A DNA stretch of 64,000 nt from Octopus vulgaris (lineage: Eukaryota): NCBI GenBank assembly GCA_951406725.2, contig OX597817.1, positions 89,528,001 through 89,592,000 of the forward strand. The letters run 5' to 3'. The notes below the pieces were generated by a model. That model was not told where the DNA came from and did not search any database. It was given only the letters and a program-made list of their open reading frames with translations. Shown here piece by piece: positions 12,660 to 28,913 of this stretch; positions within the stretch are counted from its first letter, which is position 1; every line of letters begins with the position of its first letter. The translations under genes and the position numbers were made by a program.

Positions 12660-13800
12660 TATATAGTCTTCTTTTTCCGCTTCATTACAAGCCATGGAAG
12701 TTTTTTTCTGGGTAGACTTTAATCCTGTACTTTAATCCTGTAGACTTTAATCAAATATCTTTCCAGATTAACTTTAAACTTAAAATCATCCAAGACCGTC
12801 CATATGCAAAAGCTGGTTGAGTATTCCCTCTTCCCATAGTGTATCTGAGCAAGCCTGGTTTAGCATGTTGTTCAAGTGTTTTATCACCAGATAGAAAGGA
12901 GCGGAGACATGAAATCCCTATGAACAATGTTTTGATATTTCCCACTTTTATCTCTATCAGCAGAATTGTTAATCATTTGGTCATGGAGTGTTTAATACAC
13001 CTGTCTGTTATTAGTGCTACCATAATACTCATGGTTAGTATTTCACTGGTCCATGTATGGAGGTACTGACAATAGCCTTTTGATAGTCAGTTCATGCATT
13101 GCTCAGACCAATTGTTTTTCTCTGTCTACAAATTTCATTCATACATTTGTTGATCAACGATTCATCTTTATAGTTCAATCAGCCTTAGTAGTATCCCTTC
13201 TACTCTTCTGGAAATCGACATTTTCCGACGTTTTATTTAGTCTCGGTGATCGAACTGCTTTTAGGGCTTTATAAGCTGTAGGAAGGAAAGTTACGGATTT
13301 ATACTTTTGAGGGTTTGCTATTTCTTTGGCCATGAAAATTAAGATGGTATTTCTCTTGTTAATGAGCGTGTCAAACGCTGTTTCCAACTCCTTTAGTATC
13401 TTATTACAGTTCTCTCCCAGCACGTCGTATGTATCTGCTAAATTTGTTAACCAGATTGGGATCTTATTCTTTTATGGCTCCTCCAAGTTTTTTCTCAACC
13501 TCTTTGCTACTTCTTGTGTTCTTGTGTTGATATCACCTCCCACAATTTTCTAGGGGTTTTATTCGTTGTTTTGAACAAGCTCGTCCTTGGCGGTTGCTTT
13601 GCTTTCCACACTCCTTCCTAGAATTCTTCTATGTCACTTCTGGTTGGTGTTTTATTGATTTCTACTTTACTTTTTTAACCTACCTCTCGATAAAATCGTT
13701 GTGTATTGAAACCGAAGTTTTACTTTGTACATAGAATCATTGTTTTCATACTTCAAGATTTACAGCTGGCAAAGGGCACATACTCTTGGTAGTTTGAGTA
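12660..13800 (-). pseudogene. decayed non-LTR RT fragment (Dong/R4-like)
   Basis: PQKYKSVTFLPTAYKAL (YRPITCL motif) and TQPAFAYGRSWMILSLK (D..KAYDSVPHSWI motif) in ORFs 13175-13423 and 12751-12945. Confidence 0.6.
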
Positions 13801-13989
13801 ATCCTAGATCTGCAGTGTTTCGTAATTGGGCCAAGCAGTTTTAATTATTTTTCGTTATAATGTCATTTCACATAATCCTTGCAAAAAATAAAATTTATAA
13901 TAATAATGAAAGAAGAGTGTTGCAATTTGCTTGAAGCCTTGTGATACAGAAGTAAAAAATAACAAATAATGAAGACGGAGAACTTACAA

Positions 13990-14193
13990 AAAAGTTAAGT
14001 TAAGAAAGCTTTTATATATTTCAGGCTCGAAGAACCATTATCAGAGGGAAACGGCTAAGAAATGTAAGTTTATATAGATCTTGCCATGATGATAGCTGGA
14101 CGGGCAGTCAACGTGGTAAACTTACATTTCTAAGCCGTTCACGTCTGGTGATGGGACTTTGTGCCTGAAATATATAAAGGTTACTTAACTTTT
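13990..14193. repeat. imperfect inverted repeat of two degenerate HHR-bearing pLTR pieces
   Basis: Arms ~13990-14072 and ~14117-14193; CTGATAA/CTGGTGA..CCTGAAATATATA in each arm. Confidence 0.65.
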
Positions 14194-14399
14194 CCTTTTC
14201 CTATTGTTAGAAGCTTTCAATTACTGCTGGGAGCTATAGAAAATGTGACGGAAAATTTGAGAGAAAATCTTGGAAACTTAGCCCTTAATCTGGGAATGGG
14301 TGCAGAAGGCATATCTACTAAATTCAGTAAGAATAATTCGGTTTTCTATTTTCGATGTCTATAGTAAATTATTTATTTTATCCTAATTTTAGCAAGCTC

Positions 14400-15560
14400 A
14401 TTGGCAGGCCTAAATTTTCTCAGTGTCCTTGTGAAAGGAATTTAACGCAACCACATAAAGTAATGGAGAGTAAGTCTTCCTGAAATATTCCATTCCTTTT
14501 CCCACATCTGCACTTTTCATGATCTCATCATGGAAAGTGCGGAAGGGAATAATCATTAAAGATAACTGTTCATCTTCTCATTAACACAGAGAAACTCCAG
14601 GTTCTCCTAAAGCATTTGATGTGGTACATTATTGTATGCTTTCTAGTAGTCTGTCATACTAAAAGCTGAATTCTTTCTTGTTCCTTCCTCATTTGGTATC
14701 ATGCTATTGATATCCAACACATCAATCGTTCCCCTTGACTTTCATTCTTTTGGCAATAGATTCTCCTTCTGCAGAAAGTTATACAATTTATCTGCTATGA
14801 GTGCATTTAGTAATTTCCAGAGCAACAGTAAGCATACAATTGGTCTATAATTACTGATTTCCCCATTCTTGTCTTTATCTGAAAGGCAGCGAGCTGGCAG
14901 AAACATTAGCACGCCGGGCGAAATGCTTAGTGGTAATTCGTCTGTCTTTACATTCTGAGTTCAAATTCCGCCGAGATCGACTTTACCTTTCGTCCTTTCA
15001 GGGTCGATAAATTAAGTACCAGTTGCGTACTGGAGTCGATCTAATTGACTGGCCTTGAACACCATCGGGGCTGGAAACTTCCCAATCTCTTTTTTTTTTT
15101 AAGAATCGTTTTTAATTTTTAAACATTTTCATTAACATCTAAGCCCTCTTGTCTTTCCACTTTTAAATGTTTGTAATCACTCCGCTACCCTCTTATATTG
15201 AACTTCTTTGCTCCAAATTTTTAGCTAAAAAGTTCTTTACAACTTCAGCGTTTAGTGCATCATTTCCCAGGTGTTTATATTCGCTGCTCAGCTAATGGTA
15301 AAATTTCCATTCATTATTCCTGAAGAGTTTGTTCAGCTTATTCTTTGTTGGTTGCTAACTTTTTATTTTTTCACCTCAGTCTACCTTAATTTGCCTTCTT
15401 CAACACCTTGAAATCTTCAGTATCTGATGTTATATTTTCTTTGGAGCGCGTTCCTATGTCCTTCCATCACCGTATTCTTTTTCAGCTATTAACATTTATC
15501 CGTCCAAAGTCTCCATTGAATATTCACTTCGATTCTGAAATCTCCAATTCGACCATGGAT
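14400..15560 (-). pseudogene. second Dong/R4-like RT fragment, interrupted by SINE A (14885-15055, +)
   Basis: Minus-strand YRPIVCLLLLWKLLNALIADKLYNFLQKENLLPKE, KAYNNVPHQ, IFQEDLLS. Confidence 0.7.
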
Positions 15561-16566
15561 TTTCGCCTTTTTTTTTTTTTTTTTTTTTTTGCTTGACTAA
15601 TTTACTACGAGACAACTGGACGAGGGAAAAACCGTACTTCCTGTAGCGTAAACCTGAAACTGGAAGTAGAATCAGGAATTAAAGACAGAGAAATTTGCTA
15701 CAAATATAGCTATGCTACAGTTCTTTTAGCGATTGATCTGAGCCTGCTAGCAGCAACAGTAGCAGTAGCAGACATATGTATCAGCAACAGCAGCAATGGT
15801 AAACGGTGATGGTGGTGATGGTAGTGAAAACTCAAGAATACCAGAAGCATTATCAATTGTAGTGACATCGGTTCAATGTGATTTCCCATTTGCGTTCAAT
15901 CGATTTGCTTGAAATAACATGCAAACCTCCCTCAAATCACATATCCAACTGCTTAAAACAAAGAGAGACACACTGGATTATATAGTTCTAGATACACTAT
16001 GTTTGAAAGTAAGATTGGATGGACAGAAATGAAAGGCCACATATAAACATGGTGTATCTAGGGTTACATTATCTATTGCATCCCTATGACAGTAATAAGT
16101 GTGATTGGAAGGATATTCACTTGGTATTTGTAGCTGAATAACACCAAGAAAAGACTTCCACATTGTTGTTGCTGTTGTTGTTGTTGGTGGTGGTGGTGGT
16201 GGTGGCGGCGGTTTAGTTGTTGTTGTTGCTCAAAGATATTTTTCTGTCTTTTATTAATACACAGTATGTCTAGAGCTACATTATCCAATATATATCCTTC
16301 CCCACTTCAAGTGGATGTGCAAATTGTCATATTTCTTTAATCTCAGATAGACTTTAAGAAAGAAGACTTATGATCAAAGGGGTTCCTCTCCTGAGCATTC
16401 CCTCTTTTATAATGAATACCAGTAACGTTATCTAATGTTTTCTTCCCTCTTTTAAGGTGCTAGGGTGTAATTTAAGGGAGGTTTTACCTGATATTTCTAG
16501 CAGGTTGTCGTTTAACCCCGGGCCAGCTCAGAGCAAGCACATCTCTGATCAAAGGCGTTCCAGGAA

Positions 16567-16977
16567 TACTCTTTTACTCTTTTACTTCTTTCAGTCATTT
16601 GACTGTGGCCATGCTGGAGCACCGCCTATAGTCGAACAAATTGACCCCAGGACTTATTCTTTGCAAGCCTAGTACTTATTCTATTGGTCTCTTTTGCCGA
16701 ACCGCTAAGTTATGGAGACGTAAACACACCAGCATCGGTTGTGAAGCCATGCTGGGGGGAAAACACAGACAAACATATACACACACATACACATACATAT
16801 ATATATACATATATACAATGGGCTTCTTTCAGTTTCCGTCTACCAAATTCGCTCACAAGGCTTTGGTTGACCCGAGACTATAGTAGAAGACACTTGCCCA
16901 AGGTGCCACTTAGTGGGACTGAACCCGGAACCATGTGGTCGTAAGCAAGCTATTTACCACACAGCCACTCCTACGCC
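16567..16977 (-). mobile_element. full-length SINE B
   Basis: Head, CACCTTGGGCAAGTGTCTT CORE-like motif, internal microsatellite, AAAGAAGTAAAAGAGTAAAAGA tail. Confidence 0.9.
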
Positions 16978-17289
16978 TATCTTGTCTTTCTTTTTCTCTT
17001 CCAGTTGCACCGTCCGGTCTTAGGTGGGTAATGTCTGAAGAATACTTGGCTGCTATTTCTAACTAGTCAAGTGACCACTTAGAAGCACTCTCCATGGATG
17101 GTTACCACAAAGGATATAGCTCTACTACTATTCTGAGACCAGACCAGAAATATGTATTCTCATGCAGAATTAATATAATAATAATATTAATCCTTTCTAC
17201 TGAAGGCACAAGGCCTTGAAATTTGGTGGGAGGGGACTAGTCGATTACATCGACACCAGTGTTTCACTGGTGCTTTCATTGGATTCTAT

Positions 17290-18056
17290 GCAACACTTTG
17301 TTAAGGGGGATGTATTCTCTAAGAGTTAGTGAGGTGATATTTAACAAAATTGTTGAGGAATGTTTAGTTGGTGCAGCAAATATGAACGTTTTTATAAAGA
17401 TTTAGTGCAACAATATTGGAGGCATGTTCTTTGCTTGCCATATATGTCCATTGTTATTTATTAGCTCTTAAATCTTGTTATCTAAGACGCTGGACCTCTC
17501 CGTAATTCCTCAGAAACTATTCAGAATTTCTACAACTTTCTAAAGGTCACTCCCTAACAACATGCGCAATTGAAGGCATCAAGGTCAACAGAAACTTTCA
17601 CGGATATTTAGATCTCAAAGTGTATTAACGTTGTCTTAGTATAAAGAAGCATTTTTATCGTAAATATATTGGCAAAACCCCAAACCATATACAATTGGCA
17701 GTGTATTATTGAAAACGCTAAATGATTTTTTTATATTTTTTAATTAGAATGGTTGTGCTTAAAATAATACTGCGAAATACAATCAGCCTCAACAAATATA
17801 TTTTAGAAAGACTGTAAATGATATAACAGATATACAAATAGGTAAAGCAACCAAGAAAGATCTTGGCAACTGCAGAAATGAAAAAAAAAAGTACTTTGGA
17901 AATATCAAAGAAATCAGCCAAAATACATCATTCACATTCAAGGAAGTAAGAATTCCGCTGAGAAAAACGGGTCCGTCAATAAAAGTATTAGTTGGTGAGT
18001 AAACAATGTTGGTGCCGTTTGATCAAACTGATGAAGACTGCCGTTGCATATCAATC
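17290..18056 (+). pseudogene. highly decayed Penelope-like 3' region ending in half an HHR
   Basis: NIGGMF, KYIGKT and SLNKYI fragments; CTGATGA at 18028 cut off by a SINE B head (18057-18175, -). Confidence 0.4.
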
Positions 18057-19193
18057 GCTTTGGTCGACCCGAGGCTATAGTAGAAGACACTTGCCCAAGG
18101 TGCCACGCAGTAGGACTGAACCCGGAACCTTGTGGTTAGTTAGCAAGCTACTTACCACACAGCCACTCCTACGTTTATTTATTTATTTTGTCTTTGGTCA
18201 GTACGCGTTATTTCCTATTTGCATCTATCTAGAATTCAAAGGAAATGACTACTAATCTCTTCAAACTATGCGTTTGTGACTTGGATATCAATGTTTTGAA
18301 ACTGGCATATTTTCCATCATATTTCAGACAGATTCAGCACCAAGTTGCTGAAGCAGAAATATTGTAATAGCAAATATCGTTATAGTTCACTATCATAGAG
18401 TTGCTTGTCAGTTGCTTGACCTTAACCACTTGAGTATGTCTCTTAGTGGCAGACTAGAAGTGCATCTCTGATGATGTGTAGGAGTAGTAGGGGAGCATCA
18501 TAGCCATGTGTTTAGAGGGAGTCTTTTAGGTCTGAATAAGTGTAACTAAAGCGAAGTTTGAAGGAAATATTAGCAATTTTTCATACTTTCTGAACTGAAG
18601 CAAATAGAGAATAACAGCTATTACACAAGGAAACTGTGTTACACACAGTTATCAGACAGCCTGATGTATTAGATAAGTTATGTGAGACTCCTAAAGTCAG
18701 AAAAGGCTATTTGCACAAAGTTTCTAATAGACAGTACATATCAATTGAATTCACAGGCAAATGCATTGGGTGATCTTGAAACAGTTTACAAGAACAATCT
18801 TGTACTGCAGTCTTCAACAAAATCGCTGATGTCTTGGCAACCATTCCTGCTAAGTGCTTTGCAGAGCGCTCCTATGATCACAGACGAACGCTGACGTATC
18901 TAAGGAGTATAATGAGTCAAACACAAAGGGACAGTGTGCCAATGCTAAATATTGACCGAAAGTAAGCCAACATGTCTGTTGGCAAAAATGATGATCAAAT
19001 AATTGATATCGTTGTTGGTAAGAAAGACAAAAAAATTCTCTTCAGTTGTTTGTTGTAAGATTTTTATTAACTCTGATTCGTCGATTGATAATTTTTTTTA
19101 TCAGAAAATAGTATTAATGTTTCCATCTCTGTAAAATTTTGAGCACATCAAATAGTCTCAAATACATACATGCACGCATCCATCCACACATGC

Positions 19194-19240
<47 letters not shown>

Positions 19241-19287
19241 TAAATACATCCATACATCCATATATATATATATACATATATACATAT

Positions 19288-21770
<2,483 letters not shown>

Positions 21771-21786
21771 AATATATATATATGTG

Positions 21787-21833
<47 letters not shown>

Positions 21834-21869
21834 ATATATACTTTTATTCTATATATATATATATGTATG

Positions 21870-22590
21870 GAAATATTGCACATTTGAGATTCTTTCATTG
21901 CAAGGTTTAGAGGGCGCTTGAACATGGAATGAGCAGTTCTTCACCCGTTGAGGAGAGTAGCTGTGATACCAGAAGATGCAACACTGGAAGAAGGTTAGAT
22001 TTTATATCCTCCCATTTAAGATTGCAGGTGAAAGGGACAAAAAGATCTGGGTTTTCCATATGATCTGACATATGTCATAGCATCTTGTGTTCGTTCGTGC
22101 ATATATATCGAGGACCACCTGTGAATGATGACGGGGAAGATTATAAGTTGTCCCATGTTTTGAATATCACCATCTGTCCTCAGAGCATCTTGGAGATGGA
22201 CATAATTTTTAGTCCTTAACTTTAGCATACTGACTCTCAACTTTAGCATACGTATCAACCAAGAATTGTTGAAACAGATCACGATGCATGTGTAATTGAT
22301 TTGATTGTTCCGATCAGTTTGTAAGAATAGAAATCAGTCGAGGACAGCTTTTTGTTTGTAATTGGCTCTCCTGTTGCAGGTTCAATCTGTGGAATATTGA
22401 AATGATACGCATCTTGTCCATTCCACAAAATAAGAGGATACTGGAGAGCATCATAAGAGGGATGAGCCTCTGAAACACGTTTAAGGTTGTTATTTCGAGC
22501 ACAAATGAGAATATCACGATTTTCAAGGGAATCACCATCCATAAGGATGGCTACTTCATTAGATGTGGGTTCATTAAAACGGCGTAAACT
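21870..22590 (-). pseudogene. Helitron RepHel fragment
   Basis: RDILICARNNNLKRVSEAHPSYDALQYPL, YMHERTQDAMTYVRSYGKP, then VASSGITATLLNG..RTAHSMFK helicase motif. Confidence 0.9.
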
Positions 22591-22629
22591 GTCCTTTACT
22601 ATAGTTTACTATAGATGTAACGAACGCAG

Positions 22630-22670
<41 letters not shown>

Positions 22671-23638
22671 GACACATAGACACATAGAATTGATAATATC
22701 GAAAACAGTAAAACATACACACACGAATTTCAAGCGAAATGGAATGTAGCCAATATAGGTGCAAAACATACTTTCTGTAGCGTAGTTATGCTATAAAAAT
22801 CTATTTCAGGTAATATTTCCAAAAGAAAAAGTCCAGCGTGGGAAAGTCACCAATTTACCAAAAATTACTATGCGTCACCAATTTAACAAAGTACATAATA
22901 AAGTCAACATTTATTTGGAACATGTACTAAATGTTACAAAATTCAGGACTGAATGTCACGATGAAGAAAGTCAAGCTCTAAGAAAATTCAGAAGGCATAA
23001 TTCAATTGTTAATACAATATATATATATATATATTAACTGTGTAAGGTTATAGGCTGTAGAATAAATACTGACTAACGCAGTAAAGTGGTTGCGCGGCGT
23101 TGAATACTAACACTGTTAAAGCAGCATAGTAGGGATGCGATAAGGACGCTAAGACTGTTAAAAAAGCATTATCTTCAAACTGGTTACAAGGATTAGAATA
23201 ATATTTCTGTAATTATATTGAAATAGCCGCTAAGGCTTTTTACTTCTCCTAGTTTCCGAATTTGGTATAATAACCAAAATAACATTTTTTCTGATGTATT
23301 TACAAGTGTTGTGAGTGCTATCAAATCAGCCAAATTTTCATGCTGGTTATAAAAACCAGAATAATATTTCAGTACATAAGTTGTGATAACCGTTAATGCT
23401 GTATAAACGGCAACTCTCCATGATGAAAAAGAAAATCCAAACAGTAGTACTTCAAAGTGAACGCTGCTGTTCGTTCTACGTCCAGGCCACAACTAAACTA
23501 AACTCTTTCAAAATCGGCGCGTTTCACTGTTGGGCGGTACAATCACATACATATACTAAAACAGACACACACCGACATAGATTCACGTACACCTCAGGCC
23601 TATCTCTGTCCCTCTGTGTGTCTGTCTCTGTCTTTAGA

Positions 23639-23676
<38 letters not shown>

Positions 23677-26221
23677 TCGTCGCGAAAGTGCATTTATACT
23701 GACAGATATATACACCCTCACATACATTCGCACACATATACTTGTCAGTTATCAGCCTAACGTACGTAACGAATGCACAAGCACACACACACTGACAGAC
23801 ACATACACGTTCATATAGAAAATGTGACGTTGTCGTCGTGGTATAAAATGTCGTTTACGATAGGTGACTTACAGAAAGATTATAATGTTAAATTTTTGTA
23901 ATGCAAATATGTAAATGAAAATAAAGTTTATTTGGCAGCTGAAAGATTGCTAAATCTTTTGAAATCTCAAACATCAAAATCGGCAACTCAGTTTTCGAAT
24001 TCATGAGGAATATGCGCGCGCGCAGACACACACACACACACATACACACACAAACTCTCTTTTATATATTAACATATACATACACGCACACATACACTGA
24101 TAGAGAGAGAGCGTGAGAGAAAGAAAGGGGAGAGTGTGAGAGTAAGAGCTATAGAGTAAACTTACAGGCGTGCTTTTCTAGTGTACACTTTATTCTAAAC
24201 ACGTTATAAAACACACACCGTGGGTAGATTACACTTTCTTCTGTTGGTTGGGAGTAAAATGGTTGTCCATATTCTATCGACAAAGGTCGATGCCTGTATA
24301 TAGAGACCTGCTGTCCATGTTCTGCAAGTTGGGAGAATGGTATCTTATGACTACTTAAAGCATGCATACATTCAGACACAACTGAATTGCTTTGCTTAGT
24401 CTGCATAAAATTTTAAGTGCTGACAACATAGTTCATTAACAAACGCACTACGCAACAAGATAGAGATGCAAGGAAAAACTCACAAGGGATTGTTTTTAGT
24501 TAATATGCGTTTCTTTTTACTCTCAGTAAGAAAAGTAAACGCTGCAGTTAGACCACAGTTTTATTCTCTCTGTGGACAGTAAAAAGAGCGATCAATCAAA
24601 TTATTTCGTTTCATTAACATCACAAACGTCTCATGAAGCTTATAGTTACTTGCTTATAGAATATAGAAAAGGAACCCTTACAGATCTAAGTTGATCTGCT
24701 TGATTTCCATAGCAGTGTAATAAAACAACAGCACTTCTCAATCAAGCATTGACTAGATAAGAACTGAAAGTTGTTCTCTTGACTCCACCTTGACAAAGTA
24801 AATTTATTCTGAAAGGAGTTACATAGGTGTCCTATGTAACTGGCTGTTTAAAGACAGTGCATATAGAACCACATTACCCCATATTTCGTCGTTTCTTTAA
24901 GACAATAAATTATGGTTTGAAGGCAGATTTGGATGTGTAATGTGCTGATGTATATCATGTGTATATTAGATTATAAGGTGTATTTAATAGCGATATAGTA
25001 TAGAGAACGTATGTATGTATTGGTTTCACTCTAATGCAAGTATGTGTGTGTATTTGGTGATAGTTTGTGTGCATTTTGTACGTTCTGGTCTTGTATTGTA
25101 GGTAATTGTGTGCGTATTTGTTGTTGTGTATGTGCGTGTGTGTGTTTATATATATGTGTGTATAGATAAGCTAGAATGTTTTCTTGTGTGTGACTGTGTG
25201 TTTGTGCTGTGCTTGTGTATGTATCTTGTACGTGCCTCCGTTTTGAGTGGATGTGAAAGTGTATGTGTGAGAATGTTTTTGTCTACTCCTACCTTCCCTT
25301 TGTAATACAGAGACTCCACACTCGTAGGTAACATATATAAATGGCATTTTCGCTTGAAGGGATAAACTGTGACAAGAACTGATTAGAGCAAACTCTGATA
25401 TGTTGAATGATCCTAAAGAGACAGACTCATTTGATTTCGTTCTAGAAACCCCCGCAGAGTGTCGTTGATAGAACTTGACTCGCTTCTGGGCACAAGCTTA
25501 GCTTTGTGTGTTTGTGAAGTGCGTTTCACAGTATCACGTTACAGTATCACGTGTGCTCCTAGTAATCGGCACCTTAGGCCAATGTCTTCTTCCGGCCAGA
25601 GCCACGGGTTGACCAATATATTGTGAGTGAAATTTTGTACTCATACACAGGAAGAAAGCTTGTCGTAAACATCGTTCCCATTTTTGAGCAGTAGATTTAT
25701 TCTATCATCTGATTAAACATATCTACTTCCTTCTGGGGCACCTTTGGTAAGGTGTGTGTTATAAACATTCAGAACTGGTTTCGATTTAAGAATAACTTGC
25801 TTAGCAGTAGGGACTCCTTAAGCAACTCTATAAGGTTTTTACATCTCTTCTCTTATTGGATAATCCCACACGATCACTGCATGCGTCTAAGATGTCATTC
25901 CAGTTTCCCACTAGCACCACTCTTGAAAAATTCTGGCCACTCTACACAAGTCGCAAAATGAACGGATAGAAATCTGCAGATTCTGCCTTTGCTGCAGTTC
26001 ACAAGGGCCACCGGTTTACCTTTGAGTTTCGGAAAGATAGCCCGTACTTCGATATCCAGACGTTTCCGAAACAGCTTTAAGTAATATTTTGAACCAGACT
26101 GGAATCTGAGAAGTCATTAATGACGACAGCAGCTGATTATACAATAAAAATCTTATTTTGAATTTTTAAACTCGAATTGAAACACAATATATATACATAT
26201 TTGACCATAACTATATTGGTG

Positions 26222-26294
26222 TGTATGTCTGAGGATATGGTTGCACAACAGTTGTGTTTATGACGCCTATTGAGGTAGAAACACGTGTCCACAA
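26222..26294 (+). ncRNA. candidate minimal type I hammerhead (weak stem I)
   Basis: CTGAGGA 26229-26235, GAAA 26278-26281, palindromic stem III ACACGTGT, GTC 26287-26289. Confidence 0.5.
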
Positions 26295-26644
26295 TCGTCT
26301 TCTTATCTCCAGACAATAAGGCAGTCCTTTTCTTTAACAGTATGTCAACTTTGGAAATTTTTTAACTATTTCCTTTTCTTATATGGAGCTGGTCTTAATT
26401 GTCATTCTATACTTTTGACATTATCTCTAAAATCAGAGATAATATAAATAGATTAACAATTTCTGCTATATTGTGTTTGATACACCTGTATTTGTACATT
26501 AATAGGTGGCTGTGATTTCGAAGTTTCGCCAAATATGATGATTCAAACAGATTTGGTGAAACTTCAACATCATGATTACTTTGTAAAAGAATAAATAACA
26601 CACACACATACGCACACACACTCACACAAGCGCGCACACACACG

Positions 26645-26676
<32 letters not shown>

Positions 26677-27437
26677 CAAATATACATACACATACATACA
26701 TATATATTTACACTCGTATCGTCATACACTTAAACACATACTTTCACACATGCATACAGGCATACATGCATACATACATACATACGTATGTACAGAGAGA
26801 GGGGGAGAGGATTAATGTCCTCACGTTGTCGCAATAATTATTTCCGTGTTATATAAATAACTACTTGTCTTTGTTGTGTAAATGTGTCCAGTGAATGAAC
26901 GCAGCAATTTATTGAATATCTCTTTTTTTTCTAAATAACCCACTTGTTCTTAATATGTCGTCTGCTGAAATAACCAACACATACTGTAACGAATGGCGGC
27001 AAAAGTAGTGGTGAGAGGAATCTATTATAATGAGAGGCAAGGAAATACCTTCCTTCTTTCGTAGAAGTGTGACAGCAATAACAATTCAACGAACACGACA
27101 AAACATTAACACCATGATCATTATCAACAACAACGGCAGCAGCAGCAGCAACAACAACAACAATAGCAGGAGTGGCAGCAGTACAAACTCTAACAAACAC
27201 GGATCTATGCAATTGGGGTGCTTCTAGCTGGTCTTTCTAGTAATAACAGTAAAATGCTATCGTCTGATGAAAGAGGAACATAGCGGGTTATGCGATTTCA
27301 CGTGAATTGGGCCTAGACCGAATGGTCACGGCTGGAAAGCTTTTCGTCATAGGTTTGTTCGATCAGAGTTGACCTCGAAAGTAAACGGCTGCAACTGCAA
27401 CATCAACGAGTATGAATCGGCGAGGAAGATTCTATGT

Positions 27438-27663
27438 CAGTGTTTCCCAACCAATCTACCTACCCCCAGACCCCACTATAACTTTCCAGAAAAATATATA
27501 CCCAACAGGTGTGGTTGTGTGGTAAGAAGGTTCCTTCCCAACTACATAGTTCCGGGTTCAATCCCAATGCGTGGCACCTTGGGTAAATGTCTTCTACTAT
27601 AGTCTCGGGCCGACCAAAGCCTTGTGAGTGGATTTTGTAGACGGAGACTGAAAGAAGCCTGTC

Positions 27664-27729
<66 letters not shown>

Positions 27730-28246
27730 ATTTTTATGCGTGTGTTTTTGTGACTTTTTGTACCCCCACCATCGCTTGAGAACCGATGTTGGTGGGCTTA
27801 TGTCCCCGTAAATTAGCGGTTCGGCAAAGTGACCGATAGAATAAGTACTAGGCTTAGAAAGAATAAGTCCTGTGAGGCGATATCTTCGACTAAAAACTCT
27901 TTAAGGTGATGCTCCAGCATGGTTGCCGTCAGATGACTGAAGCGAGTAAAAGAATTAAAAAATTATATATTTTCCTTAAAGGAATATCTATACTAGCGCA
28001 TTAAAATAGCGTTATTCTGTAGCAAACAAGTCTTCACAAAGTATGATTAGTTGGAGGGATTGGTTCTGTTAGGGTGAGTATCGGTATAGTATATTTGCTA
28101 TGAAAAAATGATTTTCAGAATTCTATGTCCCACTTAAAAAAGAGAAAAAATTTGGATTCCACGCCCTACCCCAATTTCCTTAGGCTCCGCCACAATTTTT
28201 CTAGGCCCCACAGGTGGGGACGTATGCCCTACTTTGGGAATCTCTG
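27438..28246. mobile_element. hAT (Charlie-like) MITE containing a SINE B copy (27506-27957, +)
   Basis: TIRs CAGTGTTTCCCAA / TTGGGAATCTCTG; exact 8-bp TSD TTCTATGT at 27430 and 28247. Confidence 0.85.
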
Positions 28247-28468
28247 TTCTATGTGGTTGATTTCGATATATATTATAACAGTATCAACCTTTATTATTAC
28301 CATTATAACCATATCAAACTACATTACCGTAAGTAAACAAGGAAGTAATGGTTTTGTCTATAATGGGTTAATTATTGTAAGGAGGGACAGGGCAAGAAAG
28401 AGAAGTGATCTCCACACTAAAAACCGTGACTTTGATATTTACATGAGAATTCCGTTAATGGTATCTAA

Positions 28469-28699
28469 GGTGGCGAGCTGGCAGAAATGTTAGCACGTCG
28501 GGCAATATGCTTAGCAGTATTTCGTCTGCCGCTACGTTCTGAGTTCAAATTCCGCCGAGGTCGACTTTGCCTTTCATCCTTTCGGGGTCGATTAAATAAG
28601 TACCAGTTACACACTGGGGTCGATATAATCGACTTAATCCGTTTATCTGTCCTTGTTTGTCCTCTCTGTGTTTAGCCCCTTGTGGGTAGTAAAGAAATA
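28469..28699 (+). mobile_element. full-length monomeric SINE A with 9-bp TSD
   Basis: GGTATCTAA at 28460-28468 and 28700-28708; box A/B; ends AAAGAAATA. Confidence 0.92.
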
Positions 28700-28913
28700 G
28701 GTATCTAAAGTCAGTAGAATGAAATCACGTGGTACGTAAGTTCCGGCGTCCATGACAGTTCTCATCTGCTACAATCTATATGTGTACTTTTATGCATCAA
28801 GCGCCTACAGGAGAGGATCACTCAAGGCCAATAACCCAGTATTCGATGTTCTAACACGACACACCCGTTAATTTGGAGATAAATATTATCTTCCATTGTT
28901 AATAATTAATCTA

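Noticed and set aside
27030-27227. N/S-rich ORF as a transcription-factor exon
   Set aside because: Only (AAC)/(AGC) low complexity; no domain or clear splice sites
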